The notes under the pieces: model-generated
Databases searched by the model: none
What the model was told of the DNA's origin: nothing
What the model saw: the letters and a program-made list of their open reading frames with translations, nothing else
In this document: in pieces, positions 30,651 through 39,791 of the stretch
Layout of the letters: each line of letters begins with the position of its first letter
Numbering within the stretch: position 1 is the first letter of the stretch
Position numbers and translations under genes: made by a program
Source of the DNA: an uncultured Solirubrobacterales bacterium
GTDB taxonomy: Bacteria > Actinomycetota > Thermoleophilia > Solirubrobacterales > Solirubrobacteraceae
Assembly: GCA_963839965.1 (NCBI GenBank)
Contig: CAWIWX010000006.1
Coordinates: 33,778 to 97,777, forward strand
DNA: 64,000 nucleotides
Reading direction: 5' to 3'

Positions 30651-33600
30651 TCATTTTCCTTCGCCTTCGCTTTCGTTGCGAACGCTTATCCCTTTCACTT
30701 CGGTCTTCAGCGCCTCGATGCCCGCGATGACCGTTTCGACTTCCGCTCCCGTGTACCAGTGGGTCGCCGGAAACGCGGTGATCTCCGTCCCACCGATCCA
30801 GTAGGAATCGTCCGCCTGCGAATGGGTGGGACCACCGATCGACCAGACGAGGCTCATGCCCTCCGTGGTGTTTACGAGCGTGCCGATCAGGGCGCCGTTC
30901 ACCGCCACCTGTTCGGTCCCGCAGTGAAAGCGCTCCAAACCGGAAGGCGCCACCACGCCCGGCTTGGTTTCTCCTATCCCGAGCCACCGCGTCACCGCTG
31001 AGCCTGCGCCGAACTCGGTATCAATCACAGGCTTTTCGAGCACGTTCACGGCGTTTTCGCATGGCGCTTCTTTCCCGTTGCTTTTACCCACACACTTTTC
31101 GAACGTGAGCGTTCCTCTCACTCGCCCTTCGTGCCCGCTGTTTTCGAGCGTGCCGTCGAGCGTGCTCTTCCCGCACACCACGACCTGCGAACCGCCGCCT
31201 TCGCCCGTGGTGACGATCACGACCGACCTGCTCTTACCGGTGACGACACTCGGGGCTCCTTCCAGCGCCGCCGGCGCCCGCAGTTCGTACTTGCCTTCGC
31301 TCGCCACATCGCCGGCTATTTCTGAGGATTCACAGTACTTGCCGCTGTACTTGCCTTCATATTCATTGTATGCGTTCTTGTACAGTTTCACGCACTGCTT
31401 GAACACAGGCTGATTTTCCGCGACGACCTCTTTGTTGAACGTCGCCGTGACGGACTTGGGCCCGCTCATCGTGACCGAGCAGACACCGGTGCCAGAGCAC
31501 CCCCCGGACCATTCTTCGAATTCGTAGCCGGCTTCGGGGTGCTGGATCACTTCGACGTTGGTTCCTTCGAGATATTCCACAGCGCAGGTTTCCGCCGGAC
31601 CGCCTTCGACGCTGCATTCCACCGTGCCGCTCCCCGGCGGCGCGATCGTGGCGGTCAACGCGTATTTCTTGGGAACGGCCTTGTATTTCGCGGTCACTGA
31701 CTTCGCGCCACTCATCGTGACTTCGCAGGTGGTGGTACCGGTGCACGCTTCGGACCAACCTTCGAACGTGTAACCAGTGTTTTCTTTCTCGGTCAGTTTG
31801 ACCGTTTCGCCTTCGGTGTATTCACTGGCACAGGGGCCCGGTGAACCACCGGTGCTGCAATCCACCGTACCGCTCCCCGGCGGCGCGATCGTGGCGGTCA
31901 ACGCGTATTTCTTGGGAACGGCCTTGTATTTCGCGGTCACTGACTTCGCGCCACTCATCGTGACTTCGCAGGTGGTGGTACCGGTGCACGCTTCGGACCA
32001 ACCTTCGAACGTGTAACCAGTGTTTTCTTTCTCGGTCAGTTTGACCGTTTCGCCTTCGGTGTATTCACTGGCACAGGGGCCCGGTGAACCACCGGTGCTG
32101 CAATCCACCGTACCGTCACCAAGAGGCGTGACCGTGACCGACAAAGCATATTTTTTGGGGATGGCTTTGTATTTAGCGGTCACGGACTTCGCGCCACTCA
32201 TCGTGACTTCGCACGTGGTGGTACCGGTGCACGCTTCGGACCATCCTTCGAACGTGTAGTTCGCGCCCGGGGTCTCGGTCAGTTTGACGGTCGTGCCTTC
32301 AGTGTAGTCACTGGCGCACGATTCGGGACCGTTGCCCGTGTTGCACAGAACCGTCCCACCACCACTCGGCGTGACCATGACCGACAACGCGTATGTTTTT
32401 GGGCTCCCACTGGTGAACACCGCGGTGATGCTCACGGGTTCAAAACCCGTCCTGAATTCGCATTCTTCGCTCGGGCCGTCACATGCAGCGGCTCTGCCGC
32501 TGCCTTCCTTCCATTCCACGAACGAGGAGCCCGGATCGGGGTTCGCTTTCAGGAGGAGCAGAATGCCGGAGGGATACCCATATTCATATTCGCATCTCTT
32601 GTGTTCGTGTTCGACTTCTTCACATTCGACGCTGCCCGAGCCTTCCGTTTTGATTTCCAGCCTGTGGACCGTTTCGAACGCGTCCAGCGGCTGCGCGTAG
32701 CTCGTGCCGTTCGCGTCGGTCACAGACAACCGCGCATAGTAGTGTATCCCCACCGTCAGACCGGTCAACGACGCCGACACCTTTACAAACGAACTGCCCG
32801 AACCCGGAAGCGACGAGCACGGCACCGTATTCGTGTACTGCCCTTCGCTGGTCCCGTATTCGAACTCGCACGCGCTCACCGCCATGCCTTCGGGATTCAC
32901 TTCGCCGCTCAGTTCAGCGGTCGTTTCCTGAACGTTCGCTGCGGGTTTCAGCGACGCGGTGGCCAGCGTCACAGGGGTGTAGACGTCCACCAGATTCGCG
33001 CCCGAATCGGCCACGTACACGTAGTGTTCATAGCCGGTGAAGGCGCTGACCGCGACCCCCGAACCCGCGCTCAACTCACCCGCACCCAAAGTCCCGAACG
33101 AATCGCTGCGCCCCGCCCCCGCCGACGTCGGCGCAGGGAAATGCGCGACTTCCACACCACGAGACAGATACACACCACCGTTATCCGGATCGACCGCCAC
33201 ACCCGCCACCCCACCAGTAGCGCCTTCAAAAGTACCCACGCCTTCGAAGCTTTCCCCAGCGGGCCCGGTCTGGCTCACAGCAACACCGTTACCCGCCAGG
33301 ATATTGCCCGCCAGCGTGACCGCGAGACCCTCACCAACAACACTATCATCTTCATAGCGGAACTCCAGCGACCCGCCAGCCGGAAGCTCATACATCGCCA
33401 CGACGCCCCCTTCACCGCTTTTCGACGTCCAGATCCACAAGTCACCGCTGCCGTCGATCGCTACCCCAGCGATGCTTTTCAGCCCACCCTTGGACCCATC
33501 CCCTTCCACGGCGTTGATTTCCGTTTTCGTTATTTCTTTCAAGGCCGTGCCTTCGGCGTTGAAGATCTCCACACGTTTGTTTTTACCGTCGAGCACCGCC

Positions 33601-33968
33601 ACATCGCCTTCCATCAGCGTGCTCGACACCACACTGCTGTTATCCACCGCGACTTCCGTCGGTTCTTCGAAATCGCCTTTGACCGTACCTTTTTTACCGA
33701 ACACTTTTTCAAACCCGCCGCTCGCGCTGAAGACCTCAACATCGTCCTCGGCACTGTTCACGACATACACCTGCCCCGTTTTCTGATCGATCGCCACACC
33801 CTTCGGTTTGGACAGGGGGTGTTCCGTAGTCCCGGTGAAGCTCGTGTCGAACGTGTGCCCCTCCACCGCCCACGCCGGAACGCTGCCCAGCGCGAGCGCA
33901 GCGATCGGCGCGCACACGCACACCACCAATGCCGAGAACCGCCTGGAGACCAACCCGCTGCGTGTCAT
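30651..33968 (-). CDS. Mosaic secreted protein (~1105 aa): NHL/Fn3 module, InlB-B-like repeats, and a homolog of the 288-aa protein
   Basis: Signal peptide, duplicated N-terminal module, YTFEGWSEACTGTTTCEVTM repeats, C-terminus ALKTEVKGISVRNESE. Confidence 0.87.
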   Translation of the reverse strand: MTRSGLVSRRFSALVVCVCAPIAALALGSVPAWAVEGHTFDTSFTGTTEHPLSKPKGVAIDQKTGQVYVVNSAEDDVEVFSASGGFEKVFGKKGTVKGDFEEPTEVAVDNSSVVSSTLMEGDVAVLDGKNKRVEIFNAEGTALKEITKTEINAVEGDGSKGGLKSIAGVAIDGSGDLWIWTSKSGEGGVVAMYELPAGGSLEFRYEDDSVVGEGLAVTLAGNILAGNGVAVSQTGPAGESFEGVGTFEGATGGVAGVAVDPDNGGVYLSRGVEVAHFPAPTSAGAGRSDSFGTLGAGELSAGSGVAVSAFTGYEHYVYVADSGANLVDVYTPVTLATASLKPAANVQETTAELSGEVNPEGMAVSACEFEYGTSEGQYTNTVPCSSLPGSGSSFVKVSASLTGLTVGIHYYARLSVTDANGTSYAQPLDAFETVHRLEIKTEGSGSVECEEVEHEHKRCEYEYGYPSGILLLLKANPDPGSSFVEWKEGSGRAAACDGPSEECEFRTGFEPVSITAVFTSGSPKTYALSVMVTPSGGGTVLCNTGNGPESCASDYTEGTTVKLTETPGANYTFEGWSEACTGTTTCEVTMSGAKSVTAKYKAIPKKYALSVTVTPLGDGTVDCSTGGSPGPCASEYTEGETVKLTEKENTGYTFEGWSEACTGTTTCEVTMSGAKSVTAKYKAVPKKYALTATIAPPGSGTVDCSTGGSPGPCASEYTEGETVKLTEKENTGYTFEGWSEACTGTTTCEVTMSGAKSVTAKYKAVPKKYALTATIAPPGSGTVECSVEGGPAETCAVEYLEGTNVEVIQHPEAGYEFEEWSGGCSGTGVCSVTMSGPKSVTATFNKEVVAENQPVFKQCVKLYKNAYNEYEGKYSGKYCESSEIAGDVASEGKYELRAPAALEGAPSVVTGKSRSVVIVTTGEGGGSQVVVCGKSTLDGTLENSGHEGRVRGTLTFEKCVGKSNGKEAPCENAVNVLEKPVIDTEFGAGSAVTRWLGIGETKPGVVAPSGLERFHCGTEQVAVNGALIGTLVNTTEGMSLVWSIGGPTHSQADDSYWIGGTEITAFPATHWYTGAEVETVIAGIEALKTEVKGISVRNESEGEGK
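31440..32400. repeat. Intragenic tandem repeat, 243-bp (81-aa) unit, about 4 copies
   Basis: Blocks recur at 243-nt spacing (e.g. 31777 and 32020); the central copies are near-identical. Confidence 0.88.
32409..33815. repeat. 1407-bp near-identical duplication, copy B
   Basis: Matches 27860-29266. Confidence 0.92.
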
Positions 33969-34265
33969 GCTCTCCACCGCTCCTTTCCAAGCGTTGACGA
34001 AGGCTGGCGCAACGACGCGCGCCCGTGAGAAGTCCTGTGCCGGGGGCCGGGCCCGGCCCGGCGGGCGCACACGAGCGCCGGGCGCGAGACGCCCGCGAAA
34101 CCCCGCTCTCCCTGCCCCACAGCCCTGCCCGCCATCACCCGGGGACCACTCAAGGCCCCCGGCGCGACGCACGCTTGTAAAAGATCAATGCGCAGAAGAT
34201 CCGCCCGCCGCCGGCCGGCTCGGTTGGAAGAGGCCTGACCTGGGCGCCGCGCTACACTGGGCGCC

Positions 34266-34541
34266 ATGACGACACGTGAGCAGATCGAGGCGGTGCTGAA
34301 CAACATGCCGGAATCTGAGCTCGAGCCCGTGCTCGAGATCTTGGCCTCCCGACAGGGGAAGGAGTACGACCCTGAAGCCGCCAGGCCCGGGGACATAGTC
34401 GATGAGTGGGGGAACTTGTCCGCCCTACGGCGCGCGTCCTCGGTCCGGAAATTGAGCCGCCTCAGCGAAGAAGAGATCGCCGAGCACGGCGAGACGATCG
34501 GCGACGCCTTCGCCCGCGCCGAACACGAGAGCCGGGGATGA
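34266..34541 (+). CDS. Putative antitoxin
   Basis: Small acidic ORF with ATGA overlap to the MazF-like gene; TACACT 7 nt upstream of the ATG. Confidence 0.7.
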   Translation: MTTREQIEAVLNNMPESELEPVLEILASRQGKEYDPEAARPGDIVDEWGNLSALRRASSVRKLSRLSEEEIAEHGETIGDAFARAEHESRG

Positions 34542-34867
34542 GACGGGGCGAGGTCTGGTGGTATGAGCACCCCTACCTGAAGCGCCGGCCCCCCTACCTG
34601 AAGCGCCGGCCCGCTGTCATCATGACCCGGGACGAGGCGATCGGGAGTCTGGGCGAACTGTTCGTCATGCTTGCCACCACGACGATCCGCGGTCTTCCGA
34701 CCGAGGTTGAACTCGGACCGGAGGATGGGATGCCAACAACCTGCGTCCTGAATGCCGATCAGATCGATGCCGCGGAGAAGAGCTATCTGACCAGCAGGAT
34801 CACCACTCTCGGCGCCCACAAGGTGACTGAAGTCTGCCGCGCGCTGACCCAAGCGACCAACTGCTGA
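34538..34867 (+). CDS. PemK/MazF-family endoribonuclease toxin
   Basis: MRRGEVWW...KRRPAVIMTRD...TTTIRGLPTEVELGPEDG...CVLNADQI. Confidence 0.9.
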   Translation: MRRGEVWWYEHPYLKRRPPYLKRRPAVIMTRDEAIGSLGELFVMLATTTIRGLPTEVELGPEDGMPTTCVLNADQIDAAEKSYLTSRITTLGAHKVTEVCRALTQATNC

Positions 34868-35239
34868 AGCTCGCGCTTGGAAAGTCTTTTTATCTCTCAA
34901 AAGCATCATGACGGAAGGCCCACGCTCTCCGACGAACGCCCCCGCCCCTCCACAGAGGCCGCGGCAGGGTCACGCCACGGCCCCCGTGGAGGGGTATGGG
35001 ACAGGGAGGCCCCGTAGGATCCTCTGCGAGCGCCACCTGAGAGGGAGCGGTGACGCTCGGACAGAATCCTGCGAGCGTGAAACCCAAAAGCCGACTTTGC
35101 TCCCATCGCCCTCTCCTCCTTCTCCTCACTCCGATTTCGTCCCCGCTGCGCGCCGACCCGGCGCGGGAGGACAGGCCTCTCTTTCACTCCTGCCTGCGAT
35201 CAAGATGACGCCGGGCGCGCGGGCATGTAAGCCATGATG

Positions 35240-35261
35240 TGCAATGTTGTATGGGGTACAA
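35240..35261 (-). promoter_or_regulatory. 22-bp operator/promoter motif, leftward copy
   Basis: Reverse complement ttgtaccccatacaacattgca matches 36201-36222 at 18/22. Confidence 0.6.
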
Positions 35262-35510
35262 GGCGGCGCGGGATCGGACCTCTCAGATCCGACCGTGTCC
35301 GGTCGGATGAGAGTCCGACCCGCTTGGCTGATGGGGTACTCCCCGGCCAGCCGCGCTCGGTGGCGGCCCTGGGCAGACAGCGTGCCTGGGCGCATGGGCG
35401 GTGCGACGGGGACGGCGCCCCTCGCCCCTGAAAGTTTTCCGCGCGCGGTGTCCCGTTTCGGGGGGCTCGTCGGATGAGGTGGTAGTGGCCACTGCGACCG
35501 ACCCACAGCG

Positions 35511-35897
35511 ATGAGCCCCGACACGCCCTGGCCGCCGCAGGCCGGCGAACCGCTGGCGCACGCCGCGGAGGCGTCCGGCGTGCGCCGCAAGCTCGCGACC
35601 TACTCGCTGGACGTCACCCACAAGAGCGGCGGTCCCAAGGCGCGCGGCTTCGAGCTCATCCTCGGCATCACGATCGAGGACATCGACTGTCTCGAGGCCA
35701 TGATCCTCGACGGCGCCCAGATCACGCCCATCAGCTCCGTCAGCGACAACGCTTCCTACGGCGTCAACTGCGTCCTCGATATGCCCATTCGTGGACTTCG
35801 CGAGAAGCGCGATCGCGTCCTCACGGTCCGTACCGTGTGGGAGATCACCGACGCGAACACGCCGCCCCGCCTTGTAAGCGCCTACCCGAAGCCTTAG
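35511..35897 (+). CDS. DUF6883-like protein (putative toxin)
   Basis: KLATYSLDVTHKSGGPKARGF...VRTVWEI...PRLVSAYP. Confidence 0.75.
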   Translation: MSPDTPWPPQAGEPLAHAAEASGVRRKLATYSLDVTHKSGGPKARGFELILGITIEDIDCLEAMILDGAQITPISSVSDNASYGVNCVLDMPIRGLREKRDRVLTVRTVWEITDANTPPRLVSAYPKP

Positions 35898-35909
35898 ACT
35901 GGAGGAACC

Positions 35910-36164
35910 ATGGCAACCGTCAAGCAGGCAATCGGCGAACACGACGTCGTCGCTCTGCGCCGGCCGGTTGACAAGGACGAGGTCTTGACCAGAAACCCCA
36001 GCGAGGACAGGGGGTTCGGCCAGTGGCCCGCCGGTACCGAGGGCACAGTCGTCAGTGACTACGGCGACCACAAGATGGTCGAGATCTCGGGCGGCCGCGG
36101 AGAAGCCCTCGACTTCCTCACAGTCCCCGTCGAGCAGCTCGAGCTCGTCATCAAGTACAGCTGA
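35910..36164 (+). CDS. DUF4926-like protein (putative immunity/antitoxin)
   Basis: EHDVVALRR...PAGTEGTVV...VEIS; RBS ggagg. Confidence 0.75.
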   Translation: MATVKQAIGEHDVVALRRPVDKDEVLTRNPSEDRGFGQWPAGTEGTVVSDYGDHKMVEISGGRGEALDFLTVPVEQLELVIKYS

Positions 36165-36200
36165 TTTGGTCCTCCCCCAGCTGGCGCTTTGATGTCCCTA

Positions 36201-36248
36201 TTGCACTACATATAACATTGCATCAGGTGTAGTACATACGGTGCAATA
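36201..36248 (+). promoter_or_regulatory. AT-rich operator/promoter region of the ABC operon
   Basis: ttgcactacatataacattgca (36201-36222) inside the inverted repeat tattgcac...gtgcaata. Confidence 0.6.
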
Positions 36249-36336
36249 GCGCGGCCCTTTCGGTTACGCTGTGCCTGATGAGAGGGAGAAGGGTAAACGG
36301 GGAGAGGACCGGCGGCAGGTGAGCGCCGGGGGGTCC

Positions 36337-37043
36337 ATGCTCGAGCTCGAGCGAGTGGTCAAGCACTACCTGGGCGGCGAGGAGGAGGTCCGCGCCGTGG
36401 ACGGCGTGAGCCTGACCGTGGCCGCCGGGGAGATGGTCGCCCTGCACGGGCCGAGCGGGTCGGGCAAGACCACGCTCCTGAAGCTCGCCGCCACGCTCTT
36501 GAAGGCCGATGGAGGCACGATTCGCTTTCAGGGAGCCGACCTCGCTGCGTTCTCGGAGTTGCAGGCCTCCGACTATCTGCTGCGCGACGTCGGCTTCGTG
36601 TATCAGAGCCGCGCCTGATGCCTCGCGTCTCGGCCCTGGAGAACGCGTCGATCAAGCTGCTGCTCGGCGGCGTCAGCCGGCGCGAGGCCCGCACTCAGGC
36701 GCTGGACTGGCTCGGACGTCTGGGGCTCTCCGGGCGCGAGAGCCGCACCCCCGAGCAGCTCTCCGGCGGGGAGTGCCAGCGCGTGGCGATCGCGCGCGCC
36801 CTCTCGGGCGATCCGCCGCTGATCCTCGCCGACGAGCCGACCGGCAACCTCGACAGCGCCCGCAGCCGCGAGATCGTCGAGCTGCTCTCGGCGGTCGCGC
36901 ACGAGCGCGGGGCCGGCGTGCTGCTCGTCACGCACGACACCGAGGCGGCCCAGCTCGCCGATCACAGCTTCACGCTGCGCGACGGCGCGCTGCACAGGGA
37001 GGTCCGGGAGGTCGGGGAGGTGGGCGCCGATGCCGTCCTCTGA
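36337..37043 (+). CDS. LolD/MacB-type ABC ATP-binding protein (indel near 36610)
   Basis: [39 protein letters not shown]. Confidence 0.92.
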
Positions 37044-37113
37044 GGCGCCGCCGCGCCCGCCGGCGGGGCGCCCGGTGACGGCGCGGGTCAAGCCGCTGCG
37101 CACGCGCACGCTG

Positions 37114-39791
37114 ATGCGCCCCTACACGCTGCTCTACCTCTACCGCCGCCGCCTGCGCGTGCACGCCGTCCAGGAGTGCTTCGCGGGCCTGGGGATCGCG
37201 ATCGCCGTGGCGCTCGTGCTCGCCTCCACCGTCGCGGAGTCGAGCATCGCGGGCTCCAGCGCCGAAGTCGTGCGCGCCGTCACCGGCCCGGCGACCCTGC
37301 AGCTGCGCGCACGCGGCGGCGAGGGCTTTGACGAACGCGTGCTCGCGCGCGTGGCGCACCTCGAGGGCGTCAAGCAGACCGCGCCGCTTTTGGAGCAGAC
37401 AGCGACCGTGCGCACCCTGAGCGGCCGCCACATAACGATCGACCTGGCGGGCACCGACACGAGCCTCGCGGTGCTCGACGGCCTCGGCGAAACGCTTCCG
37501 CTCGCGGCGCTGCGACCGGGCACGATCGGCCTCAGCGCCGCGAGCGCGCGGGCCCTCGGAATCCCCGCCCGCCTCCCCGGGACTCCCGGGCGCGGGGTCG
37601 CGACCGCCGGCGGCTCGGGCGGGGCGCGCTACGTGACGCTTGCGATGCGCGGTTTGAGCACCAGGCTGCGGGTGTCGGCCGTGCTCGGGCCGGAAGCCGT
37701 TGGCGCGCTCTCGCGCGCGCTGGTGGCGGTGATGCCGCTCAGGCGCATGCAGCAGCTCACAGGCCTCCCCGGACGGGTGACGCGCATCTTCGTGCAGTCC
37801 CAGCCCGGCGCGGAAGGGATGGTGCGTGCAGAGCTCCAGAGGCTGGCGGCGGGACGGTTACAGGTCGCGCCCGCCGACCAGGACGTGACGCTGCTTTCAG
37901 AGGCCCTCGGGCCGAGCCGCCTGGCGAGCGGGCTGTTCGCGGCGATCGGCGCGCTGCTCGGCTTTCTGTTCGCGTTCAACGCGATGCTCTTGACCGTGCC
38001 CGAGCGCCGCCAGGCGATCGCCGAGTTGCGCCTGGCGGGGTCCAGGCGCGCGGGGATCGTGCAGATGGTCCTGTTCCAGGCGTTGTGCCTGGGCGCCTGT
38101 GCCTCGCTGGTCGGGCTGGCCGGCGGGTACGCGTTGTCGGTGGGGGTCTTCCACGAGTCCTCGGCCTATCTCGCCGAGGCGTTCACGCTCGGCTCGAGAC
38201 CGTCGTCGGCGCGCGCGCGGTGCTGCTGGCCTTCTGTGGCGGCGTGCTGGCCACCTGCCTGGCTTCGGGGATCGTGCTGCTCGATCTGCGCGGCTCGCGC
38301 CCGCGCGACGCCGTCTATCAGCACGAGGGAGTGGCGGGCGACGCCCTGGGGCGCTCGACACGGCGGCAGCTGTTCGCGACCAGCGTGAGCCTGCTCGCGG
38401 GCGCCACCCTGCTGTATGCGCTGGATCCCTCGGCCGCGATCGCCGCGACGGCGCTGCTCGCGCTCGGGACCGTGCTCGCGGTACCGCTCGTGCTCGCCGG
38501 CGTGCTGGCGCTGATGCGCGCGCTGAGCGAGCGCCGGCAGCGGCTCATCGCGCTGCCCGTGGCGCTCGCCTCGCTGCGCACGACCACGCTGCGCTCGCTC
38601 GCGCTCGCCGCGACCGGCGCCGTGGCGCTGTTCGGCAGCGTCGCGCTGGGCGGCTCGCGCGAGAACCTGCTGCGCGGCATCGACTCCTTCGCATCCAGCT
38701 ACGTCGCCGGCGCGGACATCTGGGTCACCAACCCCGGCGACAACCAGGCGGTCAACGAAATCGCCCCCGCGACGGCGAGGAAGGACGCGGCGCGCATTGC
38801 GCGAATCCCGGCCGTGGCGAGCGTGCAAGCGTTTCACGGCGGCTTCCTGGCGCTCGGCGACCGGCGTGTATGGATCATCGCGCGCCCACCGGCGGCGAGC
38901 CGGCGGGTGCTGGCCAGCGAGATCTTGCGGGGCAGCGCGAGCGAGGCTGTTGGGCGGCTCGGTGAAGGCGGGGGCGGGAGTTCCATCTCAAGCGCGGCCT
39001 ATACTTCCCCCTCCGAAGCAGAGCGTAGGGTGGGGGGTGGGAAGGCGGGATATGGCTGGATCGTCGTCTCTCAGCAGATCGCCGAAGAACACCACGTCGG
39101 CGTCGGGGGCGTCCTGAGCCTGCCGACCCCCAGCGGGAACGTGAGGTTCAGGATCGCCGCGACGAGCACCAACCTCGCCTGGCCCCCGGGTGTGGTGTTC
39201 ATGAGCGCCGCCGACTACACCCGCCTGTGGGCGAGCGGCGCGCCCACCGCGCTCGGCGTCGATCTGCGTCCCGGCGCCAACCCCACGGCGGCGCGCGCTC
39301 AGATCGCGCGCGCCCTCGAGCCGGAAAGCGGCCTGGAAGTCGCCACCGCCGCGACGCGCCAGGCGAGCATCGAAGGGCTGACCAGCGAAGGGCTCGGGCA
39401 GCTGCGGGAGATATCGACGCTCTTGCTGGCCGCCGCGATCGCGGCGATGGCCGCGGCCCTGGCCTCGAGCCTATGGCAACGACGGGAGTGGCTGTCGGGG
39501 CTGCGCCTGGCGGGCGCGAGGCCCGGGCGCCTGCGACGCGTGCTGGCGCTGGAAGCCGGGCTGATGCTCGGGGCCGGCTGCTTGACCGGAGCGCTCGCCG
39601 GCGTTTACGGTCAGGTCGTGATCGACGGCTTCCTGCGCCAGGTCACGGGCTTCCCCCTGGCGAGCGCGCTCAGCGGCGGGCGGGCGCTCGAGGTCTTCGT
39701 GCTCGTGCTCGCGGCCTCCCTTTCGATCATGGCGATCCCCGGCTGGCTGGCCTCGCGCGTGTCGCCCGGGCTGGCGCTGGAGGGCGACTAG
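37114..39791 (+). CDS. Double FtsX/MacB-type ABC permease (indel near 38195)
   Basis: Two extracellular-plus-TM halves; ERRQAIAELRLAG and QRREWLSGLRLAG. Confidence 0.88.

Noticed and set aside
27860-33815. Duplication as a diversity-generating retroelement TR/VR pair
   Set aside because: Too long, almost no mismatches, and no reverse transcriptase in the window.
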